Assembly: GCA_051878475.1 (NCBI GenBank)
Contig: JBJEKE010000334.1
Span: forward strand, 1-32,649
Direction: 5' to 3'
Source: Muribaculaceae bacterium
GTDB taxonomy: Bacteria > Bacteroidota > Bacteroidia > Bacteroidales > Muribaculaceae
DNA length: 32,649 bases
This document shows, in pieces, positions 1-9,400 of this stretch. The translations under genes and the position numbers were made by a program. Under the pieces are notes generated by a model that saw nothing but the letters and a program-made list of their open reading frames with translations, made no database searches and was not told the DNA's origin. Within the stretch, counting starts at the first letter, position 1. Each line of letters starts with the position of its first letter.

Positions 1-421
1 AAATATCGGATTGATTAAGGAACAGCGTAGAATTGTCAAGCGACAATTCTACGCTGTTGATTGTGCGAGAAGAATGGTTAAGCGAACCCACTGTGATGTC
101 GAAGAAACCGAGCGAGCGGGCATGGCTTTTGATTGCGAAATCGAGTATTCCGACCAGCCGATTGCTTATTACAGTGGGCTTTTCGGCAGCGGCAGCACGT
201 GCCAGCGACAGTTCGCTGTCGGGGCTGAACCGATTGGCGGCCGATTCGATGGCCCGGATTTCCTCGGCCATTCTCGATGCTATGTCGAGCGCCAGTTGCT
301 CCGGTTTGTCATCGATAATCGCCACGAAGTCGATTCTCGAATGCATGGCGGCCCACCAAGTGTACACCACATTGCCTATGTGCGGAATCCGTCGGAATAT
401 GTGGCTCAGGTGGGCAGCCAT
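1..421 (-). CDS. apbE: FAD:protein FMN transferase (ApbE family), N-terminal part; gene continues beyond the left edge of the window
   Basis: Absent from the ORF track because it has no stop in the window. My reverse-strand translation from ATG at 421 reads MAAHLSHIFRRIPHIGNVVYTWWAAMHSRIDFVAIIDDKPEQLALDIASRMAEEIRAIESAANRFSPDSELSLARAAAAEKPTVISNRLVGILDFAIKSHARSLGFFDITVGSLNHSS... The S-x-D-S-E-L segment followed by G-F-F-D-I-T-V-G matches the conserved ApbE N-terminal core (compare E. coli ApbE ...KKDSALMRFN...GAMDITVGPL). The start lies 17 nt after the DUF1080 stop on the same strand. Confidence 0.65.
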   Translation of the reverse strand, partial: MAAHLSHIFRRIPHIGNVVYTWWAAMHSRIDFVAIIDDKPEQLALDIASRMAEEIRAIESAANRFSPDSELSLARAAAAEKPTVISNRLVGILDFAIKSHARSLGFFDITVGSLNHSSRTINSVELSLDNSTLFLNQSDI

Positions 422-437
422 TACCGGGAATAAAGGA

Positions 438-1163
438 TTATAATTCCTTGATTTTGATGTTCTTGAACCAAACTTCGTCGCCGTGGTCCTGAAGCAGGAT
501 GTTGCCGGAGGCGGCGTTGCCGAAGTTAGGCCAGTTGCGGTATTTGCTGTAAGCCACCAGTGCATTCCACATCTGGCAGTTGCGGTTATATTCGATGAGT
601 TTCACTCCATTGAGCCAGTGCTCTACATGATTGCCTTGCACGATAACCATTGCTGTGTTCCATTCCTCGAATTTGAACGGTTTGTCGTCCGGAGCAGGGA
701 TTAGGTCGTAAAGCGAACCGAGTTTGCGGTTGCCCTTCACACCAAGTTTAGCATCGGGGTGTAGATTGTCGTCGAGAATCTGGAATTCGCAGCCGATTGC
801 CGAGCCTTCGCCTTTGTTTAGGTCGGGGTTAACGAAATATTTGATACCGCTGTTGGCACCGGCAGTGATTTTGAAGTCGACTTTCAGAATGAAGTTGGAA
901 TACTGAGTGGTTGTGACGATGTCGCCGCCGTTAGCCGATTCGGCGCCGGCGCTTTTGAGCACCTTGAGCACGCCATCCTCGATAACCCACCCTTTTTCGG
1001 GGAATTTGTCGAGTTTAGCGCCACGCCAGCCGTTTGTGGTCTTACCGTCCCAGAGGAGTTTCCAACCGTTGGCTTGTTCCTGTTTTGTGAGAGTGTTGGG
1101 CTTTTGCGCCGAAACCGAAACGGCGCAAAGCAGAGCTATGATAAGAAATGCAATTTTTTTCAT
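438..1163 (-). CDS. DUF1080 / 3-keto-disaccharide hydrolase family protein, secreted
   Basis: ORF track, 241 aa. Sec signal [20 protein letters not shown]. The body ([81 protein letters not shown]) matches the DUF1080 (PF06439) pattern as I know it. Confidence 0.85.
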   Translation of the reverse strand: MKKIAFLIIALLCAVSVSAQKPNTLTKQEQANGWKLLWDGKTTNGWRGAKLDKFPEKGWVIEDGVLKVLKSAGAESANGGDIVTTTQYSNFILKVDFKITAGANSGIKYFVNPDLNKGEGSAIGCEFQILDDNLHPDAKLGVKGNRKLGSLYDLIPAPDDKPFKFEEWNTAMVIVQGNHVEHWLNGVKLIEYNRNCQMWNALVAYSKYRNWPNFGNAASGNILLQDHGDEVWFKNIKIKEL

Positions 1164-1175
1164 TGTAATTAATAA

Positions 1176-2603
1176 TTAGAGTTTGTAGAATTGTTCCCAA
1201 CCCTTACGCGGCGGCAGGCCGGCGAGCATGGCGTTGGCAAATTCGTTGTTGGTGATAGTCTTTGTTCGCGGGTCGAAGAACAGCTGGGTGTTGAGCCGTT
1301 GAGCGATAACGCCGAGCGAGAACACTTGGCTGAGCACACCATTGATTTCGAATGGCGAACGGGTCTTTTCGCGGCCCAAGCAAGCGAGGAGGAAGTTTTC
1401 GAAGTGATTCGATGGACTTTGCGGCACTTCAGGCAAGAGTTTTTCCATTTCCTTAGCCTTTTCTTCCGGAATAATCTGGAGAGTGCTGCCGTGGCTTGCG
1501 CCCTTGAAAATCAGGTCCTTGGTGTAGATAATCTTTCCAGGATTCAGCTTAGCCTTCGGTGTGTCGCCTTGATTGGTGGTAGGGATGTTTGGGTCGAGAC
1601 CCGAAACACCGTATCCGGCAGGGATAGGCGGCAGGTTGTCGAGGCCGTCGTACCATGTGATGTCAACGGGTGGCATGCTTCCACGCTGAGGGAAGCGGAA
1701 CAGGATTGTCGACGAGTAAGGATAGAAATAGTCGTTGTGTCCGTTGGCATATTTCATGGTCACTTCGTAAGGGAGTCCGAGGTCGAGGAATTCGTGCACG
1801 GTGTCGATGATGTGAGCGCCCCAGTCGCCGAGAGCACCCATACCGAAGTCGTACCAGCAGCGCCATTGACCCTGGTGGTAGTCCTTGTTATATTCGTGAT
1901 AAGGACAAGCGCAAAGCCATGTGTCCCAGTCCATATCCTTTGGAATCTGTTCTCCGGCAGGGAGTTTGTAGATGTTAGTGTCCCATTTGTGCCAGCGACG
2001 AGGGTTGTTCATATGTGCAGTAACGGCAGTAACGTCTTTGATGATTCCGGCGTCGAGCCAGGCTTTGAACTGGAAGTAGTTGGCTTCGGAGTGACCTTGG
2101 TTACCCACCTGAGTAACTACGCCTGGATGCTTGCGAGCGGCCTGCATTAGAAGTTCACATTCAAGGAAAGTGCGAGCGAGCGGTTTTTCGACATACACAT
2201 GCTTGCCCATCGATACGGCGAGCATGCTAATCGGGAAGTGAGAATGGTCGGGGGTGGCGATTGCCACGGCGTCGAATTCGTTTCCAATCTTGTCGAACAT
2301 CTGACGGAAATCGCGGAATTGCTTTGCCTTGGGATACATGCCGATAACCTTTTGGGTGTGAGGAGCACCCATGTCGACATCGCAGAGAGCCACAACGTCG
2401 ACCAATCCGGTAGCGGCGAAATCGTTGATAATCTGCTCGCCACGGTTACCGATGCCGATATATGCTATTTTCACTTTTTCGTTGATGCCTTTTTTCTGGG
2501 CAAAAGTCTTACCGTCGGCAGCGAGAACGCTTGACGGAGCGAAAGCCAGCCCTGCCGAGGCGAGGGTCATGGTTTTTAGGAATTGTCGTCGAGAAGTAGT
2601 CAT
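1176..2603 (-). CDS. Gfo/Idh/MocA family oxidoreductase with twin-arginine (Tat) export signal
   Basis: ORF track, 475 aa. Consensus Tat motif SRRQFLK at residues 4-10, followed by a hydrophobic stretch and SVLA/AD. Rossmann motif IAYIGIGNRG and EKP motif HVYVEKPLA are typical of the family. Confidence 0.9.
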   Translation of the reverse strand: MTTSRRQFLKTMTLASAGLAFAPSSVLAADGKTFAQKKGINEKVKIAYIGIGNRGEQIINDFAATGLVDVVALCDVDMGAPHTQKVIGMYPKAKQFRDFRQMFDKIGNEFDAVAIATPDHSHFPISMLAVSMGKHVYVEKPLARTFLECELLMQAARKHPGVVTQVGNQGHSEANYFQFKAWLDAGIIKDVTAVTAHMNNPRRWHKWDTNIYKLPAGEQIPKDMDWDTWLCACPYHEYNKDYHQGQWRCWYDFGMGALGDWGAHIIDTVHEFLDLGLPYEVTMKYANGHNDYFYPYSSTILFRFPQRGSMPPVDITWYDGLDNLPPIPAGYGVSGLDPNIPTTNQGDTPKAKLNPGKIIYTKDLIFKGASHGSTLQIIPEEKAKEMEKLLPEVPQSPSNHFENFLLACLGREKTRSPFEINGVLSQVFSLGVIAQRLNTQLFFDPRTKTITNNEFANAMLAGLPPRKGWEQFYKL

Positions 2604-2622
2604 AGAGTTTATGATTTAATGG

Positions 2623-2859
2623 TTATTTTTTTCTGAAAAACAAAGAGATTGCAAGCGCAATGAGTCGCACCACAGTCCACACCACATATAGCGCACAGGC
2701 GCCTACAGTCACATATCCTATCGATGTTATGACTTCCGACCAAGGGGCATTGTGCGAAGTGATTGCGTATACGTTAAGCAGATTGGCAATGATGAAACAC
2801 ACCAGCAGAGTGATGATTTCGATTCGTTTGCGTCGAGCGGTTATAACAGTATCTTTCAT
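2623..2859 (-). CDS. small hypothetical membrane protein (78 aa, 2-3 TM helices)
   Basis: ORF track. Its ATG (2859) overlaps the TGA of the upstream oxidoreductase (ATGA at 2856-2859), and its stop lies 19 nt before the next ATG. Hydrophobic helices are IEIITLLVCFIIANLLNVYAI and IGYVTVGACALYVVWTVVRLIALAISLFF, with basic ends (RRKR, RKK). I recognise no family. Confidence 0.55.
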   Translation of the reverse strand: MKDTVITARRKRIEIITLLVCFIIANLLNVYAITSHNAPWSEVITSIGYVTVGACALYVVWTVVRLIALAISLFFRKK

Positions 2860-4145
2860 TGTTGCTTGGGCATTGACTTGTGGTTAAGATAATCGATTTT
2901 GAACTCGTCGGGGAAAGTTAGCGTACGCTCCTGCTGCATGGCTTCGTCGCCTAGCAGACATAGCTGACTTGCGTAGTATCCTTCTTCGGCGATTCGCGGA
3001 GGCTGCCGGTTGGTGATGGCGGCTTCAACGAAAGCTTCGAGCAGCAGCGATGTGCCGTCGGATTTCGGGCGTTCACCGATAATGTATTCGCCGTTGTTTG
3101 AGTTGGCGGTTTCGGGAGCCCAGCTTGTGCCGGCAAATGGGACAGCATCGAACACCTTGTTTTCCCATTCGTTAATCATCTGCAGGAATGCGGGTGCGGC
3201 CGGAGTTTCCTCGAAGTAGTATTTTCCGTTTTCCGGCTCCACAGTGCCCAGATTTCCGAGAATCTGCTCTTCAAGGCCGTAGAACTTGTTGGAAATAACC
3301 GAGCCGTAGGTCATCTTCACTCCGTCGTCGAAAATGTATATGCAGTTAACATTGTCGTACACTTCGCGGCCGTCTTTCCAATAGGTGATTGCTCCATGGC
3401 CCATAACTTTCTCTGGGAGTTTCTGTCGGGCCCAGCTTCCTACCTGTAGCTGGTGGCATGCAAGCTCGGTCATCAGACCTTTCGACGATTCGCGATACAG
3501 ACGCCAGTTGATGAACCGTTCGAGTTCGGGGCTTGGCACAGGGCGTCGCCAGTCGCCGTTACGGTTCCAGTAGGCGTGGATTGCATTTATTTCGCCGAAC
3601 ATACCGGAATGAATCATCTCCATGGCCTTGATGTATCGAGGGTCGAACAGACGCTGCTGGCCGGTGAAGAACACACGTCCGGAGCTGCGGTGTTTCATAT
3701 ACATGTCGTAGCATTGCTGCATATCATAACCGATAGTCTTTTCGCAGAACACGTGCTTGCCGGCGTCGAAAGCGTCGAGGGCAATCTGACAGTGGGTGTT
3801 TAGCGGAGTGGCTATAACCACAGCGTCGATGTCCTTGTCGTCGAGCAGGTGGCGGTAGTCGCGATAAACCTTTGCTTTCGGGACCATTTCGAGTGCCTTG
3901 TCGATAGAAGGCTGGTAAATGTCGGCTATGGCAACGATGTCCACTTTAGGGTTCTGCACCAGAAAGCTCATGAGGAATTGACCGCGGGAGCCCGGGCCGA
4001 TGATTCCAAGTCGGCAACGGTTGTTGGCGGTGTTGCTCACTTCGGAGAACGACGACAGCCAGGGGCTTGTGGCCACGAGGATGCCGGTGCCAAGAGCTCC
4101 AAGTCCTTTGAGAAAGTCGCGTCGGTTGATATGATTATTGTCCAT
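2856..4145 (-). CDS. Gfo/Idh/MocA family oxidoreductase with twin-arginine (Tat) export signal
   Basis: ORF track, 429 aa. Tat motif NRRDFLKG near the N-terminus, Rossmann motif LGIIGPGSRG, and EK-type motif HVFCEKT. Confidence 0.9.
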   Translation of the reverse strand: MDNNHINRRDFLKGLGALGTGILVATSPWLSSFSEVSNTANNRCRLGIIGPGSRGQFLMSFLVQNPKVDIVAIADIYQPSIDKALEMVPKAKVYRDYRHLLDDKDIDAVVIATPLNTHCQIALDAFDAGKHVFCEKTIGYDMQQCYDMYMKHRSSGRVFFTGQQRLFDPRYIKAMEMIHSGMFGEINAIHAYWNRNGDWRRPVPSPELERFINWRLYRESSKGLMTELACHQLQVGSWARQKLPEKVMGHGAITYWKDGREVYDNVNCIYIFDDGVKMTYGSVISNKFYGLEEQILGNLGTVEPENGKYYFEETPAAPAFLQMINEWENKVFDAVPFAGTSWAPETANSNNGEYIIGERPKSDGTSLLLEAFVEAAITNRQPPRIAEEGYYASQLCLLGDEAMQQERTLTFPDEFKIDYLNHKSMPKQQ

Positions 4146-4184
4146 GCGTTTATGGTAGATGAGGAGTTAATTAATGAGAACTGA

Positions 4185-4361
4185 AAGTTAATTAGGCTTA
4201 TGGTTGTCAGATACGGTTATATCGTAGTTACAAAATTATCAAATTATTTGTCACGCAGCAAGAATTAGTCTGATAAAATCGAATGATAAATCTGTCGGTC
4301 ATGCTTTCAGTAATGGGGTGGAACATCCAGGTGCCACCCCGATAATAAGCCTAAAAAACTT
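4185..4361. repeat. 17-bp imperfect inverted repeat (15/17) bracketing a 143-bp spacer in the susD-oxidoreductase intergenic region
   Basis: The left arm at 4185-4201 is AAGTTAATTAGGCTTAT. The reverse complement of the right arm at 4345-4361 is AAGTTTTTTAGGCTTAT. The only mismatches are the central AA/TT. The spacer also holds a stem-loop GGGGTGG (4315-4321) / CCACCCC (4334-4340) with a 12-nt loop. Confidence 0.6.
4231..4238 (-). promoter_or_regulatory. candidate Bacteroides -7 promoter box (TAATTTTG) facing the oxidoreductase genes
   Basis: The minus strand reads TAATTTTG, matching the TAnnTTTG consensus. It lies 86 nt upstream of ATG 4145. A partial -33 (CTTG) sits about 20 nt upstream. 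The box is inside the inverted-repeat-bounded segment. Confidence 0.3.
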
Positions 4362-4371
4362 AGATTGAAAA

Positions 4372-6387
4372 CTACTCGGTTTTGCTTTCATCGGCAACGG
4401 CGTCTTCCCAATTGTCCCATACGGGGGCGTTGGGGTCGTATCCGCTGTAACCGTAGTTCTGGTAAAGCTGTCCTTTGTTGTTTGCGGTGATTTCGCGTTC
4501 AGGGATAGGCCAGTAAATGTTTTTCTTGTCCATTATATAGTTAATGTGCGATTTGCTGGCGTTGATAATGATTTCCTCACCCTTGTTATACATACCTTTT
4601 CTCACGCAACGCTGATACCAGTAGCTGCCGCCTTGCAGGTCGGTTCCTTCCTGGGTGTCGAAAGTGTTGATGTCGTATGTGTTGCCCCATTCGTCGGGAC
4701 GGCCGCTGATTGCGAGACATAGCGATACTCGTGTGAGTTCAACCTTACGGAATTCCTCCCAGAAGAGTTCGCGGGCGCGTTCGTCCATGATATCGCCGAT
4801 GGTGACGTTGCCAGTGTAGAGTTCAGAGCAGTGAGCACGCTGGCGAATAATGTTGATGTCGTCCTTGATGGTACCGTCGCCGGGATTGATATAGTATTTG
4901 GCTTCTGCGCGGAGCAGGTATGCTTCGGCAAGGCGGAAGAGATACCAGTCGGCATTACCGCCGTCGGTGGCGCCGCGGTTACCGTCGGAGCCGGAGATGT
5001 TGGCTTCGTTGACCGGGTCGTCTAATTTGAAGATGTAGTGAGGCACATCGTACCAGCGTCGAATGGTGTCGCCGCACAGCAGGTTGCCTTTGTCGTCGAA
5101 GAGGCGAAGGTTCTGGCCGAAGTATTCTGAGTCGATGTTATTGCATTTGAGCGATTCCATTTTCATCCAGTTACCTGTTTCGGTGCTGTGGCGCAGGTCG
5201 GTAGCATCCATTTTGCCGTTAACGGCCCAAAGCCCGTCCTGATAGAATGTGGTTGGGCGCACAGTGGCAATACCACGGCCGAGGGCACGCATATAGTCGT
5301 ATTTGGCATCATAGTTCTTGGCGTTACGCTTGATGTTAAGCAAGGCCTGCTTACCGTCGGGCATCTTGAGGGTGTTGTTGAAGAAGAACGGATACATGAT
5401 TCGCATAGTGAGGTTCTGCTGGAAAGCCTCGGAAGCGGCACCACGGTTAGGCATACCCATAATCACTTCGGTGTTAGCGCTGATGAGTTTGTTTTCGGGG
5501 CGATGGAGATCCCAGATAACGTTGCGAGTAATAGGCCAAGTTTCCGATGCGGTGTAGTTGTCGTAGAAAGTGCCGAAGGGCTCGGTCATGAGCGAGTATC
5601 CCGATTGGTTGATTATAATGTCGAGTTGGTCCTTGGCTTTCTGGAATTCGCCGATAGCGAGATATACTTTAGCCAAGAGCATACGGCAAGCACCCTTGTT
5701 TACCATACCGATAAGGTCCATGTCGGCCTGGTCGGGCACCCATTCAACGGCAAATTCGAGGTCCTTTGCGAGCATCTTGAGGATAGCGTCGCGGCTTGTG
5801 GAGCGGAAGTTGAGCTTAGGCACCTGAAGCACTTTGGTCATCAACGGTACGTTGCGGAATTCGAACACCAGGTTGTAGTAGCGGAAGGCGCGATGGAAAT
5901 ATGCGCGGCCGATGTAAACGTTTTTGGTGGCCTGGTCGAGGGTGGTAACGTTGTCGATGTATGTAAGCACGGAGTTGGCGTTACGGATGGCTTCGTAAGG
6001 CTGGTTCCAGAGATACCAGATAGTGGATACACGGCTAAGGTTGAGGAGGGTGCTTTGGTCGCTGTTGATTGTAAGTTTTTCTGACACATTGTCGAGGAGG
6101 TCGACTTTATCGGTAGCGGAGGGAACCATCAGGTCAGACATTGTGTATTCCGACATAAGCGGAAGCATTTCGTTGTGGTCGCCGGTGGTCCAGTATCTCA
6201 TGAGCTGACGGTCGGCAATAGCGAGTACAGATTTCAATCCTGATTCGGTAGAGAAAGTTGCAGTAGGTTCGTAGAACGAAAGCGGGTCGGCATCGAGGAA
6301 ACTGTCTTTGCAGCTGAATAACAGCAACGACGACCCTAACAGAACAACCAGGTTGCTGAAAATATGTTTAATGAATGAACTTTTCAT
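4372..6387 (-). CDS. SusD/RagB family nutrient-binding outer membrane lipoprotein
   Basis: ORF track, 671 aa. Lipoprotein signal ending LLLFSC, followed by KDSFLDADPLSF, which is typical of SusD N-termini. RagB/SusD-type helical segment AEAYLLRAEAKYY. The gene starts 21 nt downstream of the susC-like gene. Confidence 0.9.
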   Translation of the reverse strand: MKSSFIKHIFSNLVVLLGSSLLLFSCKDSFLDADPLSFYEPTATFSTESGLKSVLAIADRQLMRYWTTGDHNEMLPLMSEYTMSDLMVPSATDKVDLLDNVSEKLTINSDQSTLLNLSRVSTIWYLWNQPYEAIRNANSVLTYIDNVTTLDQATKNVYIGRAYFHRAFRYYNLVFEFRNVPLMTKVLQVPKLNFRSTSRDAILKMLAKDLEFAVEWVPDQADMDLIGMVNKGACRMLLAKVYLAIGEFQKAKDQLDIIINQSGYSLMTEPFGTFYDNYTASETWPITRNVIWDLHRPENKLISANTEVIMGMPNRGAASEAFQQNLTMRIMYPFFFNNTLKMPDGKQALLNIKRNAKNYDAKYDYMRALGRGIATVRPTTFYQDGLWAVNGKMDATDLRHSTETGNWMKMESLKCNNIDSEYFGQNLRLFDDKGNLLCGDTIRRWYDVPHYIFKLDDPVNEANISGSDGNRGATDGGNADWYLFRLAEAYLLRAEAKYYINPGDGTIKDDINIIRQRAHCSELYTGNVTIGDIMDERARELFWEEFRKVELTRVSLCLAISGRPDEWGNTYDINTFDTQEGTDLQGGSYWYQRCVRKGMYNKGEEIIINASKSHINYIMDKKNIYWPIPEREITANNKGQLYQNYGYSGYDPNAPVWDNWEDAVADESKTE

Positions 6388-6408
6388 ATCAATAAATAAT
6401 TTAAGATG

Positions 6409-9400
6409 TTATAGAGTTAAGTTTACGCCGAAAGTGTAAAGGCGGGTGCCGAGTCCACCGGTTTCAGGGTCGCCATATTCCCAATCGCCACCGAAAGTGC
6501 AAACGTTGCGGATAGCGCCGGAAACTTTAACGCGGTCGATACCCCATTGCTTTGTCCATTGGCGAGGCAGAGTGTAGCCCACCGAGATGTTTTCGAGGCG
6601 AACGAATGAGCGGTTGTAGAGTTTGCCCGGAGTTTTGGCTCCGTTAGGGCCTTGTGCTTCGATACGGCCGTAATCGTTGGTAGGGTTGTCGATGGTCCAG
6701 TATTCCTTTGCTTCTTTACAAGCAGCGGCATATGTCATGCGTCCGCCATCGTCGTCGTTGTTGAGATAGTTGGTTGATAGCGACTTGTGGCCCATTTTCG
6801 AATACATGTTAACCGAGATTGTTAGGTCCTTCCAGAAGGTGAAGTCGTTGCGGAGGCTCCAGTTGATAGGCGGAGTTGTGGTTCCGAGGAACACTTTATC
6901 GTCGTTGTTGTAAACGTAGGTCTTTACCGAGCCGTCGGCGTTATAAACGTCGTTTTCGGGGTTGTTCCACACTTTCGGGTCGCCTGGTTGCTGACCGTAT
7001 TTCGCAGCTTCTTCCCATTCGTCCTTTTGCCATATTCCGGTGACCTTGTAGTTCCAGATTTCATTGATAGGCTTGTCGATGAACCAGTTGTTTGCGGTGT
7101 AGTCCATTTCTTTCTGACCCACAACGTTTCCGTTTCCGTCAACCACGTCCTCATATTCGTAGAACAGGTGCTTGATTCGGTTTTTGTTGTATGCAAAGCT
7201 GAGAGAAGTGTTCCATTCGAAATTCTTGGTTCGGATGTTAGTGGAATTGATAGTGATTTCCACACCCGTATTGTTCACTTGACCGAGGTTTGTGGTGATG
7301 TTTGCGAAACCGGTGAAGGTAGGGAGCGGCTGGCTCATGATCATGTCGGTGGTGTGCATGTTGTAGAAATCGATAGAACCGGTCAGACGGTCGTTAAGGA
7401 AGCCGAAGTCGAGGGCGAAGTTCCACGATTTGGTTTTTTCCCACTGGAGCATGTTGTTAGCCATGCGGTCGCACATGAGGTATCGCATGAGTTCGAGCTG
7501 ACCTGAGCTGTTAACATAGCCCATGTATTTACCGCCGCCTTCGTAAAGGTTGGCCAATGCGAGATAAGGGTTGGAAAGAGAACGGTTACCGTTGCTACCG
7601 TAGGAAATGCGGAGTTTACCGGAGCTCATACCGATGGTGTTCTTTATACCTTCGAAGAATGGTTCGTTTCCGAACGACCATGCCACAGCCACCGACGGGA
7701 ACCAGGCATAAGGGTTGTTGTTACCGAAAGCCGAATAACCGTCGCGGCGGATAGATGTGGTGATCATGTAAAGGTCGTTGAACGAGTAGAACAGACGGGC
7801 GAGCAGCGCGTTGGCTGTTTCGTGGCTGTCGCTTGATTCGTAAGAAGAGTTTTCCTTGGAGCCGTTTTGAGTGTTGTGGAAACCGAGAGCATCTGAAGGG
7901 AGGATGTTTCGGGCCTCGATTCGGTCGCTCCAGTAGCGTCGCTCTTCAGCTTCTTGAGCGAGCGTGAGGATGAAGTGGTGCTTACGGTTGAAGGTGTAGT
8001 CCCAGGTGATGGTGTTGTTGAGCGACCAGTCGAATCGCTTTGCTTGTTCACGGTTTGCACCACGGTCGTTAGGGTTGCTGCCCGGAAGGTCGGCCGACAT
8101 GAAGTAACGGTCGTAGAAGAATTGGTAACGAGGAGCGATGTTGAATTGATAAGTGATACCGAGTGGCAATGTAACCTTTGCGTTGATGATAGAGTTGAGG
8201 ACGGTGTATCCCTTTTCGAGTTCGAGGTATTTCTTCTGGAAGTAGTAGTTGTAGCCTCGTTGCGAATAAGTTTCGTCCTGTGGATACTGAATGTAGTCAC
8301 CATTTTCGTCGAGGAAGTCGGCGTAAGGGCTGTTTCGGAGGAAGTAGTCCTCGTCGAGGTCGATGCTGCCGTCGGAACGGTCCTGGAAGTTGACGTTAGT
8401 TCCCACTTCGAGCCAGTTGGTAACCTTGGCATTCAATTTCAGGTTAGAACGGATAGCATGGTATTCGTCGTCGATTAGAGCGCCCTCGTTGCGGAGATAA
8501 CCGAGCGAGAAATAGTAGTCGAAACGGTCGGAAGCACCGCTGATGCTGGCATTGTAGTCTTGGTTGAAACCGGTGCGGAAAGCGAGGTCCTCCCAGTCGG
8601 TGGTGCGTCCGTTAAGGATGTTGTCGAGGACGTTTCCGGTGAAGCCGAGACGCTTGGCCCATATGCTGAGGTCGCTTTCGCCGGCTTCGTTGGATGTGTA
8701 TGAGCGCCAAGTGTCGAGGTCGGCACCGGAGAGGTTTGCGGGGTTGGTGAAGTAGTTGGTCATACCTTTATATACACCCGACTGATAAGCAGCCCAGTTT
8801 CCGTTGTCGTCGGCACCGTAGGTGTTTTTTTCGCGCCAGTCGGAGTAGTGCTGCAGATAATCGTCGGGGCTGAAGCGTTCGCGGTAAGCGCTGCGAGTGG
8901 TGGCACCGATGTTGGCCGAGAAGTTGATGATAGGCTTCCCCTGATGACCTTTCTTGGTGGTGATAATGATAACGCCGTTTGCTGCCTTTGCACCATAGAT
9001 GGCTGCCGCAGATGCATCCTTAAGCACGTCGATTTGACCGATGTCGTCGGGGTTGATTTCGGAGAGCTCGCCGTAGAACATCATGCCGTCGAGGATGATG
9101 AGCGGGTCGTTGTGGCCGCCGTCGGTGTAGAGTGAGCGCTGACCGCGGATTGACAGCGAGCCGCCACCTTTGGCATCGGCATTATATCCAACATTAAGGC
9201 CCGGAGTGCCGCGCAAGATGTCCTGCACGGTCTTTGGGTTTTCGTTGGCGAGTTTGTCGGGGCGTACCTGGATAACCGAACCGGTGATGTCCTTTTTGCG
9301 CATGGTACCGTAACCAATCACCACCACCTCATCGAGGCTTTCCGCGCTCTCTTTGAGGGTGACGTTGAATGAGTTTCGACCATTCACTTTCATTTTAGTT

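Noticed and set aside
11-443. Two plus-strand ORFs (140 aa and 136 aa) at the left edge.
   Set aside because: Their translations are low-complexity, Arg/Ser-rich and match no family. The opposite strand reads as a clean ApbE N-terminus that begins 17 nt after the upstream gene, so these are antisense shadow ORFs.
4315-4325. The 11-mer GGGGTGGAACA is shared between the susD-downstream hairpin and the reverse strand of the 29202-29212 hairpin, which suggested a repeat family.
   Set aside because: A single 11-nt match among about 2.5 kb of intergenic DNA on both strands is roughly what chance predicts, and there is no extended similarity around it.
1191-8478. Multiple long ORFs antisense to the oxidoreductase, SusD and SusC genes (for example 1191-2150, 5188-6084, 7764-8432, 7954-8478).
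   Set aside because: Each lies inside a gene with strong family signatures on the other strand. Their compositions (Val/Gly/Glu-rich or Ser/Thr-rich) are typical of shadow frames.
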